In this document: positions 10,540 to 17,149 of the stretch, in pieces
Layout of the letters: every line of letters begins with the position of its first letter
Position numbering within the stretch: the stretch's first letter is position 1
IMG/VR virus record: IMGVR_UViG_3300025803_000088
Coordinates: 1 to 25,617 of that record
Strand: one strand, 5' to 3'
Length of the DNA: 25,617 bases
DNA from: a virus
Taxonomy: Duplodnaviria > Caudoviricetes
Position numbers and translations under genes: made by a program
Notes under the pieces: generated by a model
Told to the model about the DNA's origin: nothing
What the model saw: the letters and a program-made list of their open reading frames with translations, nothing else
The model's database searches: none

Positions 10540-10664
10540 TGGCTAAGTCACTTAGCGGACAAAATTTTGTCCCTAGCAAGCCAAAAAAGACACGTCAAGG
10601 TAATGGATCACATTCCAAACCGTCCCATGGACGGAAGAAGTATCGTGGCCAGGGAAAACGCTAA
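10539..10664 (+). CDS. Small basic protein (41 aa, ends KKYRGQGKR); not in the ORF track
   Basis: Reads MAKSLSGQNFVPSKPKKTRQGNGSHSKPSHGRKKYRGQGKR*. ATG overlaps the upstream TGA, and the KKYRGQG ending is recurrent in marine phage microproteins. Confidence 0.75.
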   Translation: MAKSLSGQNFVPSKPKKTRQGNGSHSKPSHGRKKYRGQGKR

Positions 10665-10675
10665 TTCTCCTTCCA

Positions 10676-11017
10676 ATGTTCAAACTTCTCATTGCGAGTG
10701 GTGTCGTCGTTTCAGCAGCTGTGCTGGCATCTCCTGCTCAAGCCGACTGGTACGTCAACCCTGAGCTGAACATGTCAGCTGGGCTGGATTCTGGAACGGG
10801 ATCAGGCATTCTCGAAGGTCACATTGGGTATGACTTCGACAACGGTGCCTACGTGCAGGCTGGTCCTGCTGCAATCTTCCCTGATGCAGGTGACAAAGAG
10901 ATCGAGCTGACCGGCAAAGCTGGTATCAGCGGTGGTCCTCTTTACGGTGAGGTTTCTTTCAGCACTGGCGATGAAGTCGGCCTTGGTTTCAAGACTGGAG
11001 CCAAGTTCAGCTTCTGA
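10676..11017 (+). CDS. Secreted small outer-membrane beta-barrel-like protein
   Basis: Signal peptide ending ASPAQA, alternating hydrophobic beta-strands (WYVNPELN, LEGHIGYDF, AYVQAGP, LYGEVSF) and C-terminal GAKFSF BAM-type signal. Confidence 0.75.
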   Translation: MFKLLIASGVVVSAAVLASPAQADWYVNPELNMSAGLDSGTGSGILEGHIGYDFDNGAYVQAGPAAIFPDAGDKEIELTGKAGISGGPLYGEVSFSTGDEVGLGFKTGAKFSF

Positions 11018-11030
11018 GCTATAACTAAAT

Positions 11031-11089
11031 CGTCTCCTCACACAGACGGCAAGGAGCCCCCGTACTTGTGCAGAGCGCGGGGGCTTTTT
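11031..11089 (+). ncRNA. Candidate Yfr1-like small RNA
   Basis: TATAAC -10-like box at 11020-11025. Hairpin CGTCT/AGACG displays CCTCACAC; TCTCCTCACAC matches the Yfr1 motif ACTCCTCACAC at 10/11. Ends in an intrinsic terminator; about 58 nt. Confidence 0.55.
11055..11089 (+). terminator. Rho-independent terminator
   Basis: Stem AGCCCCCG (11055-11062) / CGGGGGCT (11078-11085) followed by a T-run. Confidence 0.75.
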
Positions 11090-11105
11090 GTTGACCCAAA
11101 CGATT

Positions 11106-11345
11106 ATGCAAAAGGTCTACAACGTGCTCGGCGTGCTGGGCTTCGTGATGTCTGGAACGTTGGTTGGGCTGAGCATTGCTGCTTTTGCTCGCATCCCAGG
11201 ATGGATTGATGACTACGCAGCAACCATTACTGATGACATCACTGGTACGGTGACTGAAATGGTGCCGGGTCAAGTTGAAGAACTGATGCCTGAGATCCCT
11301 GAGCTACCTAAAGCAACTGGTCCTGCTATCCCATCTATTCAGTGA
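11106..11345 (+). CDS. Single-pass membrane protein, hypothetical
   Basis: MQKVYNVLGVLGFVMSGTLVGLSIAAF hydrophobic N-terminus and Pro-rich C-terminus (ELPKATGPAIP). Confidence 0.7.
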   Translation: MQKVYNVLGVLGFVMSGTLVGLSIAAFARIPGWIDDYAATITDDITGTVTEMVPGQVEELMPEIPELPKATGPAIPSIQ

Positions 11346-11866
11346 AGATTGAGGTTTTTGATAATCAGGTGCCTTTTTCCGTTCGCGAAAAAGCGCTTGA
11401 TTACTGTTCACGCACCAATTTCACTCTTGGTTGGACAGATCGACCTGTTGTTGACAATGAAAAGTCTGTCCCTAATGTCCATGCGTCTTGGAGCCAAGAA
11501 CAGCTAGACGCCAGCGGGATCTTCACTTACATCGCCCCGTGCATAGAGGAAACGGCTTTTTTCACGTCTCGACGGATTGAAAGCGCAGTGGTGAATCTGG
11601 TACGTCCTTCAGACGTGCATTACATCCACTCGCACCCCGGCAAGCAGGTTGCGTTGTACTACTGCAATCTGGACTGGGAGGACGGTTGGTACGGAGAAAC
11701 CTTATTCCACGACCCAAAAGACTTGAGCAGGATCAGTTTTGCGTCGTCTTACACGCCAGGCAGAATCATTTTGTTTGACGGCAGCATCCCCCATGCAATC
11801 AGGCCGCAGTCAATCAATGGTCCTAAGTACCGTATCTCGCTGACTGTCCTGCTTTGCGAGGACTAG
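11342..11866 (+). CDS. 2OG-Fe(II) oxygenase superfamily protein
   Basis: HYIHSH, LYYCNLDWEDGWYGETLF, PGRIILFDGSIPHAIRP and YRISL are DSBH/prolyl-hydroxylase-like motifs. Confidence 0.8.
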   Translation: MKIEVFDNQVPFSVREKALDYCSRTNFTLGWTDRPVVDNEKSVPNVHASWSQEQLDASGIFTYIAPCIEETAFFTSRRIESAVVNLVRPSDVHYIHSHPGKQVALYYCNLDWEDGWYGETLFHDPKDLSRISFASSYTPGRIILFDGSIPHAIRPQSINGPKYRISLTVLLCED

Positions 11867-12177
11867 GTGATCATCTTGGTATTGGCAGTTGGATCGTCGT
11901 CATGAGCTTCAGGCCCGAAGCCTTCAGCCTTAATTTTTGCCATATCAAGTTCTGGCGCGGGTGCTTGAGGTTCCTGCTCAAACGACGCCAACCATTCGCG
12001 TAAAGCATCACCAGTTGGTGTGCCTTTAGGCCACTTCACCCACTTGAGGATTGCTTTTGGATCGGTAAATGGCCTGGCAGATTTGCCGCACAGTACGGTG
12101 TAGACAACAGGCGGTCCTTCACGTCTGCGGTTACGTTCAATCCAAAGTTGACCTGCTGTAAACCGCTCTGACTTCAT
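11863..12177 (-). CDS. Hypothetical phage protein
   Basis: 104 aa ORF exactly fills the gap between two + strand genes; no long + strand ORF occupies it. Confidence 0.65.
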   Translation of the reverse strand: MKSERFTAGQLWIERNRRREGPPVVYTVLCGKSARPFTDPKAILKWVKWPKGTPTGDALREWLASFEQEPQAPAPELDMAKIKAEGFGPEAHDDDPTANTKMIT

Positions 12178-12700
12178 GGAGATCCGAGAGATCGTTGTGC
12201 CTGAGATTAACGTGGTTCACGATTTGCCACAGGTAGCAATACCGCAAGCACCGCCGGTCACCCTAGATGTCGGCGTTCCAGTCATCAATTTGCCTCACTT
12301 CAATCCAATGGAGATGGAGCCTGAGGCTGAGCCAGAACCTGTTAAACCTGTCGCTCCAAGACCTGCTGATCCACCAGCTGCAGAACCACCACCAGTCAAA
12401 CTCCCCAAAAGAGAAGAATCAAAATCAGAAACACCGCCAGTAGTTCCAAAACCAAAGGTCGAAGAAAAGACACTGCCTCAACGCATCATCGAAGCAGTTC
12501 CAACCATTCCGCAAGCGGTCAACACCGCTGGAACGTCAGCGATTGCAGTGTCAGCAGCCTTGGCAACTCCCTTGCTGCTGAAGGCGATCAGGCCGACCAT
12601 AAAAAAGTTGGCGAAGAAACTTCAAAAGGCATTGGGTAAGAAGGTCAAAGTAGAAAGCGTCAGGGAGCGGAGGAAGTTCCAGAGGTCGTTACGGGGATAG
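12176..12700 (+). CDS. Pro/Glu-rich protein with C-terminal membrane anchor and basic tail
   Basis: PPVTLDVGVPVINLP N-terminus, Pro-rich linker, hydrophobic TSAIAVSAALATPLLLKAI segment, then a Lys/Arg-rich tail. Confidence 0.75.
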   Translation: MEIREIVVPEINVVHDLPQVAIPQAPPVTLDVGVPVINLPHFNPMEMEPEAEPEPVKPVAPRPADPPAAEPPPVKLPKREESKSETPPVVPKPKVEEKTLPQRIIEAVPTIPQAVNTAGTSAIAVSAALATPLLLKAIRPTIKKLAKKLQKALGKKVKVESVRERRKFQRSLRG

Positions 12701-13457
12701 AATGGGTGTGTGGAACGGGCCGGTAAACACGCACGTCACGACAGACTTTTTCGTAAGGGCTGCCTTTGGCGAAGCGAATACCCTTCATCATCAGCTCACC
12801 GCAATGCTTTAGTCGGCTGATCTCGAAGTCAAGCCGTTTGTTGGCGAGAGCCTGTTGCTGAATCGCAAGCTGCGTATCGACTGCTTCTTTACAGCGTCGT
12901 TGCAGACCTTGGTCCAGTGGGATGGTTGCCTGAACAGATAAGCCCAGATTCCAGTTGTGGTTGTCCTTTTGTCCTGTGCGCGTGTCTTTGAAGAAGAGCA
13001 CGTCGCCTGGATTGTCTAACCGACCATCGTCGTTCAGATCGGAAAGGTCATAGACCGGATCTGGATAGCTGTATTCGTAGGGCAGCCCCCATGATTTGGT
13101 GCGGTTGAGGTATGGCGTGACAGTCAGTGTTGGACCTTGGCATTGAATGTTGCCGCCATAGGTGTTGGTAATTGCTGAGCCCTGCATGATCTGCACAGCC
13201 TGGTTAGACACCGACCCAGATGATGTGGCAGTTGGCGATGCGGTTGCAGAGATTCCGCCAACGTCTTGCGCGTTGACTGGAGCAGTGGCGATTATTCCGA
13301 GAAGGAGGAAACCGTATCGGTAACGCTTGTGATTTCGGTGGTGCGTTGAATGGTGGTGACGTTCGACAAGCCCGGTCCCTTCAGGCTTTCGACGAACTGA
13401 AAGGCTTCTCCAGGTTTGACGATTGACCAGTTTGGTCGTTCTCCTAAGGAGGTCCAT
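12660..13457 (-). CDS. Probable secreted protein; true start uncertain
   Basis: Signal-peptide-like KRYRYGFLLLGIIATAPVNA begins only at about 13328. The mature part has beta-rich segments, four Cys and a coiled-coil-like region. The only upstream ATG (13457) lies deep inside the preceding gene. Confidence 0.7.
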   Translation of the reverse strand: MDLLRRTTKLVNRQTWRSLSVRRKPEGTGLVERHHHSTHHRNHKRYRYGFLLLGIIATAPVNAQDVGGISATASPTATSSGSVSNQAVQIMQGSAITNTYGGNIQCQGPTLTVTPYLNRTKSWGLPYEYSYPDPVYDLSDLNDDGRLDNPGDVLFFKDTRTGQKDNHNWNLGLSVQATIPLDQGLQRRCKEAVDTQLAIQQQALANKRLDFEISRLKHCGELMMKGIRFAKGSPYEKVCRDVRVYRPVPHTHSIPVTTSGTSSAP

Positions 13458-13684
13458 CCGTTGACCGTTGTGTTGGAGACGGGGTTAATTGCGCCGTCTG
13501 GCTTGATGTTTACACCGCTAGCACTGTATTCAAACCCCGTTGAATAGTTCTCACTGACAATCGTCTCAGTGACCTTACTGGTTGTCTCTGTATGAGACGA
13601 CATTGTGCCCTGCGTGAAGTTGGGGATCACAGGAACAGCGTGAGCCGCTGGAGCGGATAGCAACAGCAGCAGAAGCCAGCGCAT
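13292..13684 (-). CDS. Secreted Thr/Ser-rich beta protein, hypothetical
   Basis: Signal peptide MRWLLLLLLSAPAAHA, mature VPVIPNFTQG...; coupled to the upstream stop. Confidence 0.8.
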   Translation of the reverse strand: MRWLLLLLLSAPAAHAVPVIPNFTQGTMSSHTETTSKVTETIVSENYSTGFEYSASGVNIKPDGAINPVSNTTVNGWTSLGERPNWSIVKPGEAFQFVESLKGPGLSNVTTIQRTTEITSVTDTVSSFSE

Positions 13685-14175
13685 CACTTGATGGTGATTT
13701 CAGTCACGAGCTGACCTACAGCCAGCGTGTTTGCTCCACCACCAACGATTGTCATGCCACCGTCAGAGGAGATCGTGCCTGCCAAGTCACCTGCCGTGCC
13801 AGAAGCCGTGGATGTCAGGCTGCCGAAGTTGCCAACAGCGCCAGTGGTGACAGCGGATGTTGGAACGGCATCAGCTTGGCGGTAGGTCTGGCTAAAGGAG
13901 AACGCATCCCCTGGAACGTCTTGCGTTGCGGAGATCGTGCCGGGTGCGTAAACACCGCTAGTAATCGTGCCAGCAGAAACTGTGTTGGCGGTAGTGCCGT
14001 CAGTTGTGTCGATGTTGGTGCCGGAGATGCTGAACGAAGAGCCAATCCGTTCTGCTGTGGTTACAGCACCACCGACTTGCAGCTGAACCGACGACATGAT
14101 TTTGTGCTGGAGATCAGCACGGGCAGGCAATCCAGCTGCCAATGTGATGCCCAATACCAAAAGTGTCCGGGTCAT
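13684..14175 (-). CDS. Secreted Gly/Thr/Ser-rich beta protein, hypothetical
   Basis: Signal peptide MTRTLLVLGITLAAGLPARA; ATGA overlap with the upstream gene. Confidence 0.8.
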   Translation of the reverse strand: MTRTLLVLGITLAAGLPARADLQHKIMSSVQLQVGGAVTTAERIGSSFSISGTNIDTTDGTTANTVSAGTITSGVYAPGTISATQDVPGDAFSFSQTYRQADAVPTSAVTTGAVGNFGSLTSTASGTAGDLAGTISSDGGMTIVGGGANTLAVGQLVTEITIK

Positions 14176-14438
14176 TTGATGCCAGCTTTGGTGTCTTTGT
14201 TGTCAACAATAGTCGGCTTCTTATTTCCATTGCCATTGCTCTTGCGCTCGATGCCAAATGAAGCCATTGCGCCAGTCAGCAGAGAAGCGACAAAGGTGTT
14301 GTCCATCTTCATTTGGGGGTAGATCCCTAGGTACGAGATGGTCAGCAGTGTGGCGCTCCAGGCGAGGACACCGCATTTGACGACATCAGCAACGCAGATG
14401 CCTTCCTTTTCGTGCTGCTCTTCGGGGTTGTTGGCCAT
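14172..14438 (-). CDS. Small two-TM membrane protein
   Basis: Two hydrophobic segments (VVKCGVLAWSATLLTISYLGI; TFVASLLTGAMASFGI) and a charged C-terminal tail. Confidence 0.75.
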   Translation of the reverse strand: MANNPEEQHEKEGICVADVVKCGVLAWSATLLTISYLGIYPQMKMDNTFVASLLTGAMASFGIERKSNGNGNKKPTIVDNKDTKAGIK

Positions 14439-14480
14439 GACGCAACAGAGCTACCGTTACAGCGTAACTAGGTCAATCCA

Positions 14481-14654
14481 ATGCTTCTGGTTCTTAAGCC
14501 TCTGGTCATGACGATGTGGCGCTCCAGAGCGTTCAAAGAGTTGATCATTGCGATGTTGGAGCGGATCGTTACTCGCACCGACAACGATTTGGATGATCTT
14601 GCGGTCAAGCATCTGAAGGATTTGCTGTTGCCTGACACAAGGATTGAAAAGTAG
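14481..14654 (+). CDS. Small lysis-region protein (57 aa); not in the ORF track
   Basis: Reads MLLVLKPLVMTMWRSRAFKELIIAMLERIVTRTDNDLDDLAVKHLKDLLLPDTRIEK*; amphipathic, TDNxxDD motif, directly upstream of the peptidase. Confidence 0.75.
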   Translation: MLLVLKPLVMTMWRSRAFKELIIAMLERIVTRTDNDLDDLAVKHLKDLLLPDTRIEK

Positions 14655-15404
14655 GTGTTATCCGGCATTATCCAAGTGACCTTGCTGCTGCTGGCCATGG
14701 GTCTTGCCCTACTGCCGTTTTTCCAGTTCTTTCGTGGCACGCCCCACCAGCTGGCTGCAATTAAACAACTTGAGGAGTCAATGCCAGCGGAACTACTGGA
14801 GGAGCACGAAGCTGACTGGTTTCAGGCGTGGAAGGAGAGTGGATATGACCAGCAGATCTACATGCCTTACTTCAGGCAGCTCGACAACAAGACTGGAACG
14901 GGATACCGCGAGTGCTTCAGTTCAGCAGCTGCGATGGTGGCAGCGTTTTACAAGAAGGTTCGTACAGACGATGAGTACAACGAGATCCGTGCTCAGTTTG
15001 GTGATACAACCTCTGTCGATGCACAGCTTTTAGCTTTGGGCACTCTTGGCTTAAAAGCTGAGTTTCGTAAGGATGGTGATGCTGATTTGGTGGAACGGGA
15101 GATTGAAGCGGGCAGGCCAGTACTAGCCGGGTATCTGTCTGCTGGAAATATGCTTCGTGGCGAACCACCAATGTGCAGCGGCTTAGGTTGCGGACACTGG
15201 CTAGTGATCAGCGGGTTTGCGGGGAAGAACAGTAGTGACCCGGAATGGATCGTCCAAGACCCTCGTGGCTACCCAGAAATGGAAAAAGGTGGTCACAGCA
15301 ACCCACACCTAGGACGAAACGTTCGAGTAAGACAGGCTGCGTTTTACCAGCGTTGGCAGGCTGAAGGCCCTGGTACGGGTTGGGTGATTTTGGTCAGCGA
15401 GTAA
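14655..15404 (+). CDS. Peptidase C39-like (papain-fold) protein, probable endolysin; alternative start ATG 14697
   Basis: PYFRQLDN...RECFSSAAAM (Gln, catalytic Cys), GHWLVISG (His), VQDP (Asp), preceded by a small N-terminal helical domain. Confidence 0.75.
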   Translation: MLSGIIQVTLLLLAMGLALLPFFQFFRGTPHQLAAIKQLEESMPAELLEEHEADWFQAWKESGYDQQIYMPYFRQLDNKTGTGYRECFSSAAAMVAAFYKKVRTDDEYNEIRAQFGDTTSVDAQLLALGTLGLKAEFRKDGDADLVEREIEAGRPVLAGYLSAGNMLRGEPPMCSGLGCGHWLVISGFAGKNSSDPEWIVQDPRGYPEMEKGGHSNPHLGRNVRVRQAAFYQRWQAEGPGTGWVILVSE

Positions 15405-15456
15405 TCGACATACACGAAAACGCTGCTTACCATTTTAAAAAGTACACTCTGTAACA

Positions 15457-15666
15457 ATGGGCTGGGCAGACTGGATGATCGTCCACCAAAGCCTTGAAGA
15501 GGAGTTGGAACTGGAGCGGACAGTTCGAGACGTTCAAAGCTGTGGCGACGAAGATGCCTTAAAGCAGCTTTGCGTATCTCTGGTGCGAACCAACTGGCAT
15601 CAGGCCAAGTTGCTAAAGCAAGCAGTTGGCCACATCGGTCAATTTGATGCGTCGATGTCTTGTTGA
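15457..15666 (+). CDS. Hypothetical phage protein (helical)
   Basis: 69 aa ORF with a TACACT -10-like box at 15443-15448 just upstream. Confidence 0.7.
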   Translation: MGWADWMIVHQSLEEELELERTVRDVQSCGDEDALKQLCVSLVRTNWHQAKLLKQAVGHIGQFDASMSC

Positions 15667-15929
15667 AACTGCATGACTCTGGAGCGGCGATTCTTGGCCC
15701 TGCCTTCAAGCCTGGCGTCTACAGCGTCTTGCCACTTTTGCTTGTCATTGACAAGAGCATCGCAATAGGCTTCTTCATCAGTATTTTCTGCTAAGTAGTT
15801 GTAGACCAGCTGACGGATTAAGGCAGACGGTTTGATGCCTTGAGCCTCAGCCTCTTGCATAAAGAGTTCACCGCGAAAAGGCTCAAGTAAGACTTGGATA
15901 TATACCCGGTTGCCGTGCTTCGTTGCCAT
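15639..15929 (-). CDS. Hypothetical protein, possible ribbon-helix-helix DNA binder
   Basis: RVYIQVLL strand followed by EAEAQGIKPSALIRQLVYNYL helices. Confidence 0.6.
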   Translation of the reverse strand: MATKHGNRVYIQVLLEPFRGELFMQEAEAQGIKPSALIRQLVYNYLAENTDEEAYCDALVNDKQKWQDAVDARLEGRAKNRRSRVMQFQQDIDASN

Positions 15930-15953
15930 CGGCTCTAAAATACTAAACGAATG

Positions 15954-16163
15954 TTACCATGTTATCGAGTCGTCAACCTTTTTCTTCCACGCAGTTGCTT
16001 GAGCAGAGCGTGCATTGGTGCGTTGACGACGAGAGCCAAGCCTGACCTGTCTGGCTCCTTCTAGGAACATTGCAGCCCTTTGAAGGTCAGCTGTTGTCGA
16101 TAGCTGAATTGCTTTGTTGAGACGCTCCATGATGATCTGACGCCCCGATTTCGGTTGCGGCAT
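15954..16163 (-). CDS. Hypothetical basic protein
   Basis: MPQPKSGRQIIMERLNKAI...; part of the leftward operon downstream of the primase. Confidence 0.6.
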   Translation of the reverse strand: MPQPKSGRQIIMERLNKAIQLSTTADLQRAAMFLEGARQVRLGSRRQRTNARSAQATAWKKKVDDSITW

Positions 16164-16260
16164 GATCCATCGCCCCAGCAAGCGTTCGGTGGAACGTTAG
16201 CGCGTAAGACTCAGTTAGCACAATCCATTCTTTATCGTGCCGAAAAATCTGCACGTTCAT
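16087..16260 (-). CDS. Hypothetical 57-aa protein; not in the ORF track
   Basis: MNVQIFRHDKEWIVLTESYALTFHRTLAGAMDHAA...; ATGA coupling to the stop at 16257; fills an otherwise empty gap but overlaps the next gene by 77 nt. Confidence 0.5.
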   Translation of the reverse strand: MNVQIFRHDKEWIVLTESYALTFHRTLAGAMDHAATEIGASDHHGASQQSNSAIDNS

Positions 16261-16514
16261 TTGTCATTGTTGAACAAGTAATACAGTCGTTTAAATTCGT
16301 GGATTGGTGTTGCTGTGAGGATGCTGACTTCGACGTTGCAAGATAGTGCGTTGATAACTTGCCGCTCCATGTAATCCATGTTGGATTCATAGGTGACTTG
16401 CTCAACAGCAAGCGGCTTGTCGTCCATATCAAACGACGTAAACCGAGTAATTGCTAAAGGGCAGTGTTCATCAGCGATCTGACAATAGTGAAGCTGAACA
16501 TTTTTAGTCGCCAT
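16257..16514 (-). CDS. Hypothetical phage protein
   Basis: Likely start MATKNVQLHYC at 16514, overlapping the end of the RHH gene by 11 nt. Confidence 0.65.
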   Translation of the reverse strand: MATKNVQLHYCQIADEHCPLAITRFTSFDMDDKPLAVEQVTYESNMDYMERQVINALSCNVEVSILTATPIHEFKRLYYLFNNDK

Positions 16515-16767
16515 CTCTGGAGCTGAAGAGTTCGTTGAAGACAGTGGCGACAATGCTTTCAGCCTGCTGCCTATCCAGACCATAGCTGGATCGACGACGC
16601 ACCTTTGTAACAGCTTTATGAAAATCACTGGTGGTGAGTCCGTAGTGATTGGGCGGTTGGGAGAGGCGTTCACGGATCAATTCTGACCTATGAACACCTT
16701 TTTCCTTAGCTTCGATGGAGAGCCGATCGACAAGCTCTTCAGGAAGATAGGTTTTGATTTCTTTCAT
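16504..16767 (-). CDS. CopG/ribbon-helix-helix family DNA-binding protein
   Basis: MKEIKTYLPEELVDRLSIEAKEKGVHRSELIRERL matches the RHH pattern. Confidence 0.75.
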   Translation of the reverse strand: MKEIKTYLPEELVDRLSIEAKEKGVHRSELIRERLSQPPNHYGLTTSDFHKAVTKVRRRSSYGLDRQQAESIVATVFNELFSSRDGD

Positions 16768-16776
16768 GGCAGGATG

Positions 16777-16920
16777 TTACTTACGCCTCTTAGGTTTTTT
16801 CCTTTTTTGAGACGGTTTGACACGCGGTTTGTCTGGCTTGGACTTTAGGCGAGCAATGGTCTCGTGATAGCCAGGAGGTTCTGGGACGTTGCCCCGTTTC
16901 AAGATCTCAGTCCAGTTCAT
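16777..16920 (-). CDS. Small basic hypothetical protein (47 aa)
   Basis: MNWTEILKRGNVPEPPGYHETI... with a Lys/Arg-rich tail. Confidence 0.6.
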   Translation of the reverse strand: MNWTEILKRGNVPEPPGYHETIARLKSKPDKPRVKPSQKRKKPKRRK

Positions 16921-16945
16921 CCCTCGCGCGTATAGATGAAAAATA

Positions 16946-17149
16946 TGTCCCCGAAGCCCAGATGCCAGTCGTACCAATGGATCTGGGTGGGGACAGGGTA
17001 TGGGGACAACTAGATTTGTCCCTGTTCTTCCTCGCTCAGCTCAATCTCAACCGCTCCATTCATCAGATGGGGACAAGAGAGTGTGTCCCCCTCCTGTTGT
17101 CCCCCATCAGATCCGTTGTCAGCACTGGCATACGCTCCAGAAGGGGACA
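16946..17149. repeat. GGGGACA/TGTCCCC iteron-like cluster, putative replication origin
   Basis: Seven exact heptamers (16946, 16989, 17002, 17069, 17084, 17098, 17143) plus a variant at 17017, in both orientations, across the primase 3' end. Confidence 0.6.

Noticed and set aside
10567-10764. 65-aa ORF from the track
   Set aside because: Overlaps both the coupled 41-aa basic ORF and the beta-barrel gene in another frame; less plausible than either.
11031-11089. tRNA or riboswitch interpretation of the structured intergenic region
   Set aside because: No cloverleaf or T-loop motif and no aptamer I recognise; two hairpins with a seed-like loop fit an sRNA or a plain terminator better.
14468-14740. 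90-aa minus-strand ORF
   Set aside because: Antisense to the 57-aa ORF and the peptidase start, which are better supported.
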